Of a stretch of 64,000 bases of DNA, positions 9,476-19,721 are shown in pieces. Each line of letters opens with the position of its first letter. Position 1 is the stretch's first letter. Source of the stretch: Candidatus Margulisiibacteriota bacterium. GTDB lineage: Bacteria; Margulisbacteria; WOR-1; O2-12-FULL-45-9. The DNA is taken from the NCBI GenBank assembly GCA_034723395.1, contig JAYEOW010000029.1:4737-68736 (forward strand), read 5' to 3'. The notes under the pieces are model-generated. The model was given only the letters and a program-made list of their open reading frames with translations, made no database searches and had not been told where the DNA came from. The translations under genes were made by a program, and so were the position numbers.

Positions 9476-10444
9476 TTATCCTTCCCACCTAATAATATTG
9501 GCTCCGCAGGTCAGGCCGGCGCCAAACCCGGAAAGGGCCACAACATTGCCCTTTTTTATCTTACCATCAGACAATGCTTCATCCAGTGCCAGGGGGATCG
9601 AAGCGGCCGAGGTATTACCGTATCTGTGAAGATTAACATAAACTTTTTCTTTTGGCAATCCCATTTTCTTGCTAACATGGTCAATAATCCGCGAGTTTGC
9701 CTGGTGGGGGATTAGCAGGTCGATATCGCTTACTTTTAAGTTTGCTTTCTCAAGCGCTCCGTACAGGGACTCCTCTAATACCCTTACCGCAAACTTAAAA
9801 ACTTCTTTACCGTCCATGGTTATAAAACGGCCATTCTGGTTTTCCGGATCGCGCGAGCCTCCTCCCGGCATGACCAAATGATGTCCGAGATGTCCCTCTG
9901 CTTTTAGCCAGCTGGCCAGAACCCCGGATCCGTCATCTTTTGCTGTTAATACTGTCGCTCCCGCGCCATCTCCAAACAGGATGCAGGTCCCACGATCTTT
10001 CCAGTTAAGGTACTTTGTTAGCGTATCTGCGCCGACCACCAGTATGTTTTTATAATTGCCGTTTTCAATAAAGGTTGATCCGACAGTTAGGGCGTAATTA
10101 AATCCCGAACAAGCGGCAGACACATCGAATGCCGCCGCTTTGGTTGCTTTTAAGCGGTTTTGAAGGATACAACCAACGGAGGGAAAGAGATAGTCAGGAG
10201 AAGTTGTTCCGACAATAATCAGGTCGAGCTCTTCGGCCGGGAAATTCGCCTTTTGCAGCGCTCTTTCAGCGGCGATAAAGGCAAGATCCGAAGTTGATGT
10301 CCCGTAGTCCGAAATCCTTCTTTCCTGGATCCCGGTACGGGTCCGTATCCAATCATCGGACGTTTCGACTATTTTACCGAGATCATCATTGTTTATAACC
10401 TTTGGCGGGGCACAGGAGCCGACGCCGATTATTGAAGCCCTCAT
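9476..10444 (-). CDS. fabH: 3-oxoacyl-ACP synthase III
   Basis: 322 aa with the FabH architecture and active-site region AAFDVSAACSGF. Confidence 0.9.
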   Translation of the reverse strand: MRASIIGVGSCAPPKVINNDDLGKIVETSDDWIRTRTGIQERRISDYGTSTSDLAFIAAERALQKANFPAEELDLIIVGTTSPDYLFPSVGCILQNRLKATKAAAFDVSAACSGFNYALTVGSTFIENGNYKNILVVGADTLTKYLNWKDRGTCILFGDGAGATVLTAKDDGSGVLASWLKAEGHLGHHLVMPGGGSRDPENQNGRFITMDGKEVFKFAVRVLEESLYGALEKANLKVSDIDLLIPHQANSRIIDHVSKKMGLPKEKVYVNLHRYGNTSAASIPLALDEALSDGKIKKGNVVALSGFGAGLTCGANIIRWEG

Positions 10445-11433
10445 AAACTTTCGCCTACTTTCGATATCGCGCCAACCATGTTGTTTTCGACCGCTTCAAA
10501 AGATTCGCGGATCGCGTTCTTGATCGCCCGCGCTTTGGAGCGGCCATGAGCCTTGTAAACTACAGCCGATATGCCGAGCAGTGGAGCGCCGCCGTATTCA
10601 TCGTAGGTGATTTTCTTTCGAAGCCTAAGGAGCGCCGGTAAAAGGAGGGCTAACCCGACCTTATTTAGAATTCCCCTGGAAAGCTCTCCCTTAAGAAGGT
10701 TAAATATCACCCCGGCAATACTTTCGCCAAATTTTAAGATCAAGTTGCCGACAAATCCGTCGCAGACGATGACATCCGCTTTGCCGTTAAATATTTCTTT
10801 GGACTCGACGTTACCGATAAAATTAAGAGGCAATTTTTCGAGCAGCAGCCAGGTTTCGCGGGTAAGCTCGTTCCCTTTTTCTTTTTCCTCGCCGATATTC
10901 AAAAGCCCGACCTCCGGGCTTTTGATATGCAGAACATGCTGGGCGTACAGACTTCCCATCATGGCAAACTGTTCCAGGTGTTTTGGCTTGCAATCGACAT
11001 TTGCCCCCATGTCCAGGAGGAGGACCTTTCCGGAGGGGAGAGGGAATTCGGTAGCAATGGCGGGACGTTCGATCCCTTTTATTCTTCCGAGCTTAAAAAG
11101 GGAGGCGGCCATCAGGGCGCCTGTGCTTCCCGCAGAAACGACCGCGTCCGCCTTTCCTTCTTTTACCAGCGATACGGCCACATTTACCGATGCCCCCTTC
11201 TTTTGTTTGACTGCCTGGGCGGGAGCCTCGTCCATATCGATCACTTCGGTGGAGTTTACAATGCCAAGCTTTTCCTTGTCTTTGTAGCAAGAAAGCTCTT
11301 TTTCAACGCGGGATTGGTTTCCGACTAAAATAATTTCGGCGTCCGGGAGCTCACGGCTGGCAAGGACGGCGCCTTTAATAATCTCGGAAGGAGCGTGGTC
11401 CCCCCCCATTGCATCGAGGGCGATCCTAGTCAT
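10441..11433 (-). CDS. plsX: Phosphate acyltransferase
   Basis: MTRIALDAMGGDHAP N-terminus; conserved rpmF-plsX-fabH synteny. Confidence 0.9.
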   Translation of the reverse strand: MTRIALDAMGGDHAPSEIIKGAVLASRELPDAEIILVGNQSRVEKELSCYKDKEKLGIVNSTEVIDMDEAPAQAVKQKKGASVNVAVSLVKEGKADAVVSAGSTGALMAASLFKLGRIKGIERPAIATEFPLPSGKVLLLDMGANVDCKPKHLEQFAMMGSLYAQHVLHIKSPEVGLLNIGEEKEKGNELTRETWLLLEKLPLNFIGNVESKEIFNGKADVIVCDGFVGNLILKFGESIAGVIFNLLKGELSRGILNKVGLALLLPALLRLRKKITYDEYGGAPLLGISAVVYKAHGRSKARAIKNAIRESFEAVENNMVGAISKVGESL

Positions 11434-11640
11434 TTATTCTTTTCCCTTCTTGCCTTTTTTCTCTTTTTTATTTTTTATGGTACGGCCTTTGTAGGTGCCG
11501 CAGGAGGGGCAGGCGTGGTGGGGGAGAGAGGGCGCGCCGCATTGCGGGCACTTCCCGTGAAGGGTTGCGGAAAGGCGATAATTACTGGACCGTCGCTTCC
11601 CCTGTCTAACATTTGAATGTCTTTTTTTGGGCATTGGCAT
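11434..11640 (-). CDS. rpmF: 50S ribosomal protein L32
   Basis: 68 aa. MPMPKKRHSNVRQGKRR with a CxxC...CxxC zinc ribbon. Confidence 0.85.
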   Translation of the reverse strand: MPMPKKRHSNVRQGKRRSSNYRLSATLHGKCPQCGAPSLPHHACPSCGTYKGRTIKNKKEKKGKKGKE

Positions 11641-11643
11641 GGT

Positions 11644-12102
11644 TTATTTTTCTCCTTTAATTCCTTTGCAGTCCGGGCTGCACAAAGTTTTTATTGGTAT
11701 CGATAATAAAAGGTCCTGCCGGATCATTTCACTAAGATCGATCGTATTGTCTTCTTCGATCGGGTAGACAAAATCCTCCGGACGGAGCTCCGTGCTCCCG
11801 CTGCTTTTCGAGATGAAAGGCTCTTTGGAAAATTCCTCTTCCAGATCGATCGCAAGCGGGACCTTATATTTTTTCAGGCATCTTGAGCATTCAAGCTCGG
11901 CTTCGGTTTCGGCAGTGCCGGTTAGATAGACCGAATCCCCGACATTTACCAGATGAAGCTGGACCTTGACCGGTTTTGAAAGGTTGAGATCGTCATCGGG
12001 GAAACTGATTTTGTCAGTTTCTTCGATATCCACCTCGTTCCCAGCCTTTTGCAAGACTTCCGTAAGGTCAATTTTCATCCTTAAAGCCTTTCGGGACAAC
12101 AA
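11644..12102 (-). CDS. DUF177/YceD-family protein (23S rRNA accumulation protein)
   Basis: 152 aa, acidic, C-terminal CSRC...CSPDC pair; in the conserved position upstream of rpmF. Confidence 0.65.
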   Translation of the reverse strand: MLSRKALRMKIDLTEVLQKAGNEVDIEETDKISFPDDDLNLSKPVKVQLHLVNVGDSVYLTGTAETEAELECSRCLKKYKVPLAIDLEEEFSKEPFISKSSGSTELRPEDFVYPIEEDNTIDLSEMIRQDLLLSIPIKTLCSPDCKGIKGEK

Positions 12103-12134
12103 GGGTTAATTATACTGAAGTTTGGGGGGGGTTG

Positions 12135-13013
12135 TCAATGTGTCGCCCGGGGATGGGCCGAATCGTAGACCTCCTTAAGCCGCTCTTTAGTAATATGCGT
12201 GTAAACCTGAGTGGTCGAAAGTGAAACGTGGCCGAGAAGCTCTTGAACTACCCGAAGGTCGGCTCCGCCTGACAAAAGATGGGTTGCAAATGAATGTCGA
12301 AGAGTATGTGGAGTGACTTTCTTAGAGATCCCCGCTTTTTTTGTGTAGTAAACGATCATTCTCTCGACGGAACGGGTGGTCAATCTCCCTCCACGGTGGT
12401 TTATAAAAAGGGCTGGGTTTTTATTGCCGGAAAGAAGCCCTGTTCTTCCTTCTTTAATATAATTCGATAGGGCTTTTTTTGCGTGAGAGCCGAAAAGGAC
12501 GATCCGCTCTTTTGACCCTTTCCCTAAAACCTTGATTTCCCCCTCATCAAAGTCGATATCATTGAGGTTTATGCGAATGATCTCGGTAACGCGCAGGCCG
12601 GTCCCGTAGATTAATTCTAAAATTGTTTTATCGCGCAAGCCTTTTGCCTTTCTTAGGTCGGGAGCCGTAAACAGCGAATTAATCTCTTCCGGATAGAGGA
12701 AGTTTGGAAGTTTTTTTGGGAGCTTAGGAGTTAACAGATTTTCAAACGGGTTCTGTTTGATGATTTTTTCCCGGGAGAGGAAGCGAAAGAAAGATCTGGC
12801 GGATGAAAGTTTCCGCGCAATTGATCGGCGGGAAAACTTTCTTTTCTCGAGCGCCGAGAGATATTCTCTGGCAGATGCCCGGTTAACCTTTTTGATGTCG
12901 ACAAGTTTAGCCAATGATCTTAAGTCGCGCTGATAGTTGCTTAATGTGTGAGGGGAGTAGTTTCGTTCGGTTTTTAAGTATTTAATGAATTGATCGATCA
13001 GATCAGAGGCCAT
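12135..13013 (-). CDS. Tyrosine recombinase, XerC/XerD type
   Basis: 292 aa. Catalytic-region motifs HTLRHSFATHLL and GHVSLSTTQVYTH. XerC versus XerD cannot be distinguished from this. Confidence 0.85.
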   Translation of the reverse strand: MASDLIDQFIKYLKTERNYSPHTLSNYQRDLRSLAKLVDIKKVNRASAREYLSALEKRKFSRRSIARKLSSARSFFRFLSREKIIKQNPFENLLTPKLPKKLPNFLYPEEINSLFTAPDLRKAKGLRDKTILELIYGTGLRVTEIIRINLNDIDFDEGEIKVLGKGSKERIVLFGSHAKKALSNYIKEGRTGLLSGNKNPALFINHRGGRLTTRSVERMIVYYTKKAGISKKVTPHTLRHSFATHLLSGGADLRVVQELLGHVSLSTTQVYTHITKERLKEVYDSAHPRATH

Positions 13014-13428
13014 ACTTGGTTCTTTTTTCAGCGGTCAGCGGGAGATAATCGTTCCCTTCTTTAACTAGCCTTACCGGTTCTTCTGCGGGGCGGGTATCAA
13101 TGTGGATGTAGTCTGCTTTAGGGTAGAAAACCATTCCTCTAAGCTCGGGGATCGTTTCGCAATATTTAAAAAGGTCTTGTGTCGAAATACCGTCAATCAT
13201 AATATGGGCTGCTTTACCCATGGTATGGAAACTTCTTTTCGGCTTGTTCAGTTTTTCATAATAATCGTCGCACCAGTAAGCAGTTGCGATTTTTACCCGT
13301 TTTCGAAAATGACCGCCGATCTGTTCGAGCGCGCCGACTAATCCGAGATGAACTCGATATGCCCCTTTACACTGCGGACAGCGGCAGGCAAAATCTTTGT
13401 TGCTAAAATGTTCGCTTAGATTACCCAT
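13003..13428 (-). CDS. Peptidase M15A (YcbK/DUF882)-like protein with a variant metal site
   Basis: FSNKDFACRCPQC...SFHTMGKAAHI resembles the M15A pattern FxSxEFxCxCG...SxHxxGxAxDi, with H in place of the terminal D. Confidence 0.4.
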   Translation of the reverse strand: MGNLSEHFSNKDFACRCPQCKGAYRVHLGLVGALEQIGGHFRKRVKIATAYWCDDYYEKLNKPKRSFHTMGKAAHIMIDGISTQDLFKYCETIPELRGMVFYPKADYIHIDTRPAEEPVRLVKEGNDYLPLTAEKRTKYGL

Positions 13429-13454
13429 GCTATAAACATTATATATACTTTATA

Positions 13455-13483
13455 TTGACAAAGCAAATATAGGACTTTATAAT
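13455..13483 (+). promoter_or_regulatory. Consensus sigma-70 promoter for metK (TTGACA-17 nt-TATAAT)
   Basis: TTGACA at 13455-13460 and TATAAT at 13478-13483, about 50 nt upstream of the metK ATG. Confidence 0.6.
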
Positions 13484-13534
13484 GAAAACACTACATTAAA
13501 AGTTCCGGTCCGCTCATATGAGGGAGGAAATAAA

Positions 13535-14725
13535 ATGGAGAAACGACATCTTTTTACATCAGAATCGGTTACCGAAGGGCATCCCGATAAAGTTTGCGAC
13601 CAGGTTTCGGACGCCATCTTAGACGCGATCGTCGAGAAGGACCCCCCCGGACGCGTTGCGGTTGAAACGTTAGTTACCAATGGATTAGCAATTGTGGCAG
13701 GGGAAGTTACTACCGGTTGTTATGTTGATATCCCCAAAATAGTTAGAAAAACGATCAAAGATATCGGATATACCCGCGCTAAGTACGGGTTCGATTATGA
13801 AACCTGCGGAGTGATGGTGGCAATTAAGGAACAGTCCAAAGATATTGCCCGCGGGGTGGATAAGGCGCTGGAGATCAGGGGTGGAGAAGTAATAAAAGAA
13901 GACCTGGAGGGACTAGGCGCTGGAGACCAGGGACTAATGTTTGGTTATGCCTGTGATGAGACAGAAGAGTTGATGCCGCTTCCGATCGTTCTGTCGCATA
14001 AGCTTTCACAGAAATTAGCCGATGTACGAAAGACCGGCGAATTAGATTACTTAAGGCCGGACGGAAAATCCCAGGTAACAATTGAATACGATAAAGACAA
14101 ACCGATCAGGGTCCACACTGCGCTAATCGCCGCACAGCATTCACCCGAAGTAAAAATGGACAGGATAAGGGAAGATATTTTGGAAAGAGTGATCCTGCCG
14201 ATCCTTCCTGAAGAAATGGTCGATGATAAGATCAAGCATTATGTAAATCCTACCGGCCGGTTTGTGATCGGCGGACCGCAGGGGGATAGCGGGGTGACCG
14301 GCAGAAAAATTATTGTCGATACTTATGGCGGATACTCCCGTCACGGCGGCGGAGCTTTTTCCGGCAAGGACCCGACAAAAGTTGACCGTTCCGGGACTTA
14401 TGCGGCGCGCTGGGTCGCTAAAAATATTGTTGCATCCGGATTAGCTAAACGCTGTGAAGTTCAGCTTGCTTATGCGATCGGGATTGCCCGGCCGCTATCG
14501 ATCATGGTCGATACTTTTGGGTCGGGAAAGATCGCGGACGGCAAGATCGCAAAATTGGTAGATGAAATATTTGATCTCCGTCCGGGAATGATCATCAAAG
14601 AGCTTGACCTTAGGCGTCCGCTCTATTTGCAGGTTGCTGCTTATGGGCATTTTGGCAGGCTCGACCTGGACCTTCCTTGGGAGAATACCGATAAGGCTAA
14701 AGAGCTAAAGAAAAAAGCTAGTTAA
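13535..14725 (+). CDS. metK: S-adenosylmethionine synthetase
   Basis: N-terminus [22 protein letters not shown] and motif [16 protein letters not shown]. Confidence 0.95.
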   Translation: MEKRHLFTSESVTEGHPDKVCDQVSDAILDAIVEKDPPGRVAVETLVTNGLAIVAGEVTTGCYVDIPKIVRKTIKDIGYTRAKYGFDYETCGVMVAIKEQSKDIARGVDKALEIRGGEVIKEDLEGLGAGDQGLMFGYACDETEELMPLPIVLSHKLSQKLADVRKTGELDYLRPDGKSQVTIEYDKDKPIRVHTALIAAQHSPEVKMDRIREDILERVILPILPEEMVDDKIKHYVNPTGRFVIGGPQGDSGVTGRKIIVDTYGGYSRHGGGAFSGKDPTKVDRSGTYAARWVAKNIVASGLAKRCEVQLAYAIGIARPLSIMVDTFGSGKIADGKIAKLVDEIFDLRPGMIIKELDLRRPLYLQVAAYGHFGRLDLDLPWENTDKAKELKKKAS

Positions 14726-17399
14726 GCAGGTATCTTTGTCCGTAGATCGCGCGGCCACCGCTGGCGTAGTCTTCCCAAAAAACATAAAAGCTGCCGCCCG
14801 ATTCGCTGGCGATAATTTTGGGGTTTCTGCCGCCATTAACAGTATTTATTTTTATCCCATTTTCATCCCAGATCGACTGTCCGACACTGTCTAGTTTTTG
14901 AACATAAAGCTCGTAATTTTTTCCGCTTCGATAGTCTTCCCAGATAATTAATACGTTTTCATCGTTTAATTTAACCACCTGCGGAGAATATTGTGTATGC
15001 GGGATAAGGGCGACCGGTATTCCTTTCGGGTTCCAGGATAACTTCCCGGACAGATCGATCGCGCCGGCAAAAATATCCCAATTCCCATATCGATAATCTT
15101 CCCAGACCAACACATTCGAATTTCCAAATTTAGCGTTCTGTTGGGTTCGGCCCGACTGGTTTATCGGGATCCCATCCTTCATCCAGACCGGCTGGCCCCC
15201 TTTATTTACCCTTTGCGCGTAAATATCGTAGCTCCCACCGCCGCGATCGGTCCAGGCGATCATGGCTCCACCATTGCCGTCCGATATTATTTTCGGCCGC
15301 CGCTGTACGTCCGGAGCGCCGCAGACGATTGCTCCATCTTCCTGCCAGAGAGGGGCCCCTTTACTGTTTACCCTTTGCGCGTAAATGTCCGGATTCCGGT
15401 CGCCGCGCCGATAATCGGTCCAGGCGAGAATTGCTCCGCCGGACCCGTCAGAGATCATATCTGCGTCAATTTGGTTTCCATTGGCTGAAATGATGGCTTT
15501 TCCCTGGCTGCCCCATAAAAGTTTTCCTTTGGGACTTACTCTTTGAGCGTAGACATCCTGCAGACTTAAAACATTCCGGTTGTCCTGCCAGGCGATGATC
15601 GTTCCGCCGGCATCGTCGGAGACCATTAGCGGATTTGTCTGGTGGACCGGAACCTTGGATAACGGCAGGCTGCTCGCCCAAACTTTTTTCCCGCTTCGGT
15701 TGATCCTTTGGGCGCGGATCATCGGGAACTGTTTGATGCGGTAGTCTTCCCAGGAGATAATCGCTCCCCCTTTCCCGTCCGACACTATCCGGGGGGACAA
15801 TTGATTGGCCGCGACTTTGGCGATCGCGGTCCCGTGCTGTCCCCAGGCTAGCTTCCCGGCGGGAGTGATCTTTTGTGCATAAATATTAAAAAATCCTGAC
15901 CGGGCGTCTTCGAAAACCAGAATGATCTCGCCGTATTCGGTAAAGATGAGGCTCAGGTTTTGCTGGATGACCGATCCAATGGCCGACCCGATTATGTTCC
16001 CGTTTTTACCCCAGAGCAGTTCCCCGGCGGGAGTAAGTTTTTGGGCGTGAATGTCATAGTTTCCACTCCTTTTATCTTCCCAGGCGATAATTACGTTTCC
16101 CGATGGGGAGGCGACCAGGGAGGGGGATTCCTGCGATTGGGTCGTGGAGGCCAGGGGGATGCCGTTGGTGTGCCAGATGGGGATTCCCGAACTGTTGATT
16201 TTTTGGGCGAAGAGATCGGACCTTCCTTTTCTTGAATCTTCCCAAATCACAACCCAGTCTTGGCTGTTTAGTTTTACGATTTCTGGATTTTTTTGGGTGC
16301 CGTTCGCTATGGTGACCGGCCGGCCGTTTTCCTGCCAAGCGGTCTTTCCGTCGTGGTAGATCCGCTGGGCATAGATATCGCTTTTTTCCGCGCGGTGGTC
16401 GGTCCAGATAACGATCGCTCCCCCGGCGCCATCCTTTGACAATCTCGGGTTCTCCTGCGCGAAGGGGAGTTTGCAGGCGGCTATACCATCTTTATTCCAG
16501 AGCAATTTTCCTTTGAGATCGATCTTTTGAAGGTAGATATCAAAGTTCCCGGAGCGGGCGTCATTCCAGGCGAGAATAGCCCCATTTTCTGCCGACATAA
16601 TAACCGGACGCTCTTGGTTCCCGGGAGAAAGGGAGACCGCTTTTCCCTCTTTTTCCCAAAGCAGGTTGCCCAAGGCGTCGATCCTCTGCGCGTAAATATT
16701 ATTGTCCGAAGCGCTGGTCCTTCCGTCGGTCCAGACGATGATCGCGCCGCCGGACCCATCACCGGTTATCTTGGGATACCACTGAGTTCCGCTGCTGATC
16801 GATACCGCGACCCCGTCTTTTTGCCACAACGGGTTTCCCTTGCTATCAATCCTCTGCGCGAAGATGTCTTCACCTTTCCTTCCGCGGTAATCGTGCCAAG
16901 TAATGATCGCACCGCCGTGCCCGTCGGAGGTGATCTCCGGAGCGAACTGTCCAGCCGCCGCCTGGCAGATCGGGATCCCGTCCCTTCCCCAAAGCGGGGA
17001 GCCGTTGCTGCTTATTTTCTGGGCAAAGATGTCGGAATTCCCATTGCGGTAGTCTTGCCACACGACGACCACCCCGTTTAACCCATCGGTAATCAATTGC
17101 GGGAAGTTTTGATTGCCCGCAGATTTTCCGGCGGCAATTCCGTGTTTAGCCCAAAGCGGAACACCAGCCCGGTCGATCTTCTGAAGGTAAACGTTATAGT
17201 AACCGGACCGTCCATCTTCCCAGGCGAGAAAGTAGCCGTTACTCCCGTTACTGATTATTTTTGGGTTTTGCTGCGGGCTATTCCCCGGGGTATCGTTAAC
17301 GATGAGCCCATAAGTTGACCAGGCCGCTTTGGGGGTTTCCTGTGCGTAGGTTGGCGGGACCAAAAGGAGGCAGCATATTAAAATTGATAAAAATCTCAT
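14718..17399 (-). CDS. Secreted tandem-repeat protein (about 15 x ~58 aa), predicted beta-propeller-like
   Basis: Signal peptide [19 protein letters not shown]. Repeat consensus ...W..[DN]G..V......Q..P.I.SDG.GGAII.W.D.R.G..DI[YF]AQ[RK]I.. Confidence 0.7.
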   Translation of the reverse strand: MRFLSILICCLLLVPPTYAQETPKAAWSTYGLIVNDTPGNSPQQNPKIISNGSNGYFLAWEDGRSGYYNVYLQKIDRAGVPLWAKHGIAAGKSAGNQNFPQLITDGLNGVVVVWQDYRNGNSDIFAQKISSNGSPLWGRDGIPICQAAAGQFAPEITSDGHGGAIITWHDYRGRKGEDIFAQRIDSKGNPLWQKDGVAVSISSGTQWYPKITGDGSGGAIIVWTDGRTSASDNNIYAQRIDALGNLLWEKEGKAVSLSPGNQERPVIMSAENGAILAWNDARSGNFDIYLQKIDLKGKLLWNKDGIAACKLPFAQENPRLSKDGAGGAIVIWTDHRAEKSDIYAQRIYHDGKTAWQENGRPVTIANGTQKNPEIVKLNSQDWVVIWEDSRKGRSDLFAQKINSSGIPIWHTNGIPLASTTQSQESPSLVASPSGNVIIAWEDKRSGNYDIHAQKLTPAGELLWGKNGNIIGSAIGSVIQQNLSLIFTEYGEIILVFEDARSGFFNIYAQKITPAGKLAWGQHGTAIAKVAANQLSPRIVSDGKGGAIISWEDYRIKQFPMIRAQRINRSGKKVWASSLPLSKVPVHQTNPLMVSDDAGGTIIAWQDNRNVLSLQDVYAQRVSPKGKLLWGSQGKAIISANGNQIDADMISDGSGGAILAWTDYRRGDRNPDIYAQRVNSKGAPLWQEDGAIVCGAPDVQRRPKIISDGNGGAMIAWTDRGGGSYDIYAQRVNKGGQPVWMKDGIPINQSGRTQQNAKFGNSNVLVWEDYRYGNWDIFAGAIDLSGKLSWNPKGIPVALIPHTQYSPQVVKLNDENVLIIWEDYRSGKNYELYVQKLDSVGQSIWDENGIKINTVNGGRNPKIIASESGGSFYVFWEDYASGGRAIYGQRYLLN

Positions 17400-19675
17400 T
17401 AAGCAGCCTCGGCGAGCTTCATTGAAATCACTTTCGATACTCCTGGTTCCTCCATGGTAATTCCATAGATGTTATTTGCAACCGCCATGGTGCGTTTGTT
17501 ATGGGTGATCATAATGATCTGGCTCTGTGCGGAAAAATCTCTGACGATATCGGCAAAGCGCCCGATATTCGCGTCATCCAGTGCCGCATCGACTTCATCT
17601 AAAAAGCAGAAAGGACTGGGACGGATCTTAAGCAGCGAGAAAAGTACCGCGATTGCCGATAAAGCCCTTTCTCCTCCGGACAAAATATGCAGCGGGAGCC
17701 ATTTTCGGCCAGAAGGCTTGACCGAGATCTCGATATCAGACTCAAGCGCGGATGTTCCCGGCGACAGCGTGATTTTTGCTTCTCCTCCGACAAAAAGTTT
17801 GGCAAAGGTTTCTGAAAATACTCCGGAAAGTTTTTCCATTGTTTCCAGGAAGGTCTGTTCGGCTTTGATGTCAAGCTCAATGATCAAGCTGCGCAGGTTA
17901 TCGCGCGCTGAGTTCAGGTCGGTAAGCTGAGTTTCGATGAAATTTAGCCGTTCTCTTTCTTTTTCAAATTCTTCAATGGCTAAAAGGTTGACTGGTTCAA
18001 GCGCGCGCAGTTTCTGTTTTCCCGATTCGACCTCACTTTTGGTTTTAGATATGTTTGTCGCTTTTTGGGGGAGGGTGGCGGCTTCTTCCAGGCTAAGGTT
18101 ATATTCGAGGGATAGCTTTTCCCGGATGCCATTTAGTTCGCCCTCAAGTTTCGCTAGAGAGATCGCGAGTGCGTTCTCTTCGTCTATGCTCTTTCTCTCG
18201 GATTGGCTGTCTTCCCGGATCTTTTCTTCTAGAACAGCGATCTTTTGCGAAAGACCTTCCTTTACCTGTTTTTTCTGGACCAGCATCGATGGGGTGGTTT
18301 GGACGGCCTTTGCGTCGCCAATCTTTGAATTTAAGTTTTCCAGTTGTGTCCGGTGGGCCTGAAGGGCAAAACAGACCCGTTCTTTTTCTTTTTCGTTCCT
18401 TTTTTTCTCTTCCTCGAACATTTCGAGCCGCATTTTATAAGCCTCTTCTTTTTCGGCGTTATCTCCAAGATCGAGGGAGAAAGGTTTTGCTTTGCCGAAA
18501 AAGGAGAAGATAGAAGAGAGTTTGCTTACCAGGTTCGAGGCCTGATCTAAAACGGTTTCCAAAGACGATGATAGGGGGGTTGAAGAAAGATCGAGCTTTT
18601 TCATCCCCTCTTTCAGCTTTACCCGGGCAAGTTCGACCTTCTCTTTTATCTCCCTGGATTTTTCTTCAAGTTCGGACAGTATTCGCTCCTCGCGTTTTAC
18701 TTCACCATCGGTAAAGCGGCAATCGAGCTCAATATCGCGTACTTTATCCTTATCTTCTTCGAGTTTGATCAGGATATCGTCGATCTCGATTTCTAATTTG
18801 CGGTGTTCATCTTTTAAAACCTTTAGTTCTTCAAAATCTTTTTCTTCGGCCTGTTTCTTTGTCTGTGACTGCTGTTTTACCCGGTCGAGCTCGGACATTA
18901 GCCGGTCTTTCTTCTCATTTATATTTTCGATCATCCGATTGCACAGTCCGATGTCCAGATCTTTGATCTGGGATTGGATCTCAAGATATTCGCGCGCTTT
19001 GCGGGCCTGCTCTTCCAGGGTGATGATGTGTTCACCGACTTCTATCTTTAGGTCATTAATGCGCAGGATATTCTGTTCGGCGGCGATCAGCTTTTTCTCC
19101 GCCGAATATTTTCTGAACTTATACTTGTTGATCCCTGCCGCCTCTTCGAAGACTGCCCGGCGTTCCCCCCCCTTGCTGGAGAGGATCGCGTCTACCTGGC
19201 CCTGGGTGATGATCGAATAGGTCCCTTCCCCTAATCCGGTATCAAGCAGCAGGTCGCGGATATCTTTTAAACGGCACTGGTTTTTATTAATAAAAAATTC
19301 GCTCTCGCCCTCACGGAAAGTGCGGCGCTTGATGGCGACCTCTTCAAAAGCGAGAGGCAGTTTTCCGGAGGAGTTATCAAAAACTAAGGTGACTTCGGCC
19401 AGGGAGAGGGCTCTTTTAGCGGTGGTTCCGGTAAAGATAATATCGGCTAAGCTGGCGACCCTTAGATCGCGCGGATTATTTTCTCCCAATACCCAGCGGG
19501 TAGCGTCCAAAAGATTGCTTTTCCCGCATCCATTAGGCCCGACGATCGCGGTAATGCGCGCATTTTCGGTAAATTCGACCTCGACTGGATCGGCAAAGGT
19601 CTTAAAACCCCGCAAGATAAGAGATTTTAAAAACATCTTATAATGTAATATAGCAAAAAAAAGCCTATTCATCAA
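17399..19675 (-). CDS. SMC-family ATPase, short form without a recognisable hinge domain
   Basis: N-terminal Walker A (GPNGCGKSN) and C-terminal signature/Walker B (LSGGERALSAIAVLFSLL...FLDEVDAALD) separated by only ~420 aa of coiled coil. The true start is probably MFLKSL at 19636. Confidence 0.7.
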   Translation of the reverse strand: MMNRLFFAILHYKMFLKSLILRGFKTFADPVEVEFTENARITAIVGPNGCGKSNLLDATRWVLGENNPRDLRVASLADIIFTGTTAKRALSLAEVTLVFDNSSGKLPLAFEEVAIKRRTFREGESEFFINKNQCRLKDIRDLLLDTGLGEGTYSIITQGQVDAILSSKGGERRAVFEEAAGINKYKFRKYSAEKKLIAAEQNILRINDLKIEVGEHIITLEEQARKAREYLEIQSQIKDLDIGLCNRMIENINEKKDRLMSELDRVKQQSQTKKQAEEKDFEELKVLKDEHRKLEIEIDDILIKLEEDKDKVRDIELDCRFTDGEVKREERILSELEEKSREIKEKVELARVKLKEGMKKLDLSSTPLSSSLETVLDQASNLVSKLSSIFSFFGKAKPFSLDLGDNAEKEEAYKMRLEMFEEEKKRNEKEKERVCFALQAHRTQLENLNSKIGDAKAVQTTPSMLVQKKQVKEGLSQKIAVLEEKIREDSQSERKSIDEENALAISLAKLEGELNGIREKLSLEYNLSLEEAATLPQKATNISKTKSEVESGKQKLRALEPVNLLAIEEFEKERERLNFIETQLTDLNSARDNLRSLIIELDIKAEQTFLETMEKLSGVFSETFAKLFVGGEAKITLSPGTSALESDIEISVKPSGRKWLPLHILSGGERALSAIAVLFSLLKIRPSPFCFLDEVDAALDDANIGRFADIVRDFSAQSQIIMITHNKRTMAVANNIYGITMEEPGVSKVISMKLAEAA

Positions 19676-19721
19676 CTAAGCTATTTGCAACTTGAAGCCG
19701 GTGTGTTAAAATGATCGAAAA

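Noticed and set aside
11093-11290. Arg/Lys/Gly-rich 65-aa ORF
   Set aside because: It is antisense inside plsX. The composition artefact comes from GC-rich codons on the opposite strand.
12135-13013. Tyrosine recombinase as a marker of an integrated prophage or island
   Set aside because: It has XerC/D-like N- and C-terminal motifs, a housekeeping length of 292 aa, and no phage, capsid or att-like flanks. Neighbours are yceD/rpmF and metK.
13429-13534. SAM riboswitch upstream of metK
   Set aside because: The intergenic region is only 106 nt and is occupied by a consensus promoter ~50 nt from the ATG. The conserved SAM-I core cannot fit in this space.
17399-19675. Calling this gene a full chromosome-partitioning smc
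   Set aside because: It is too short (~750 aa) and lacks a hinge domain, so I call it an SMC-family short form only.
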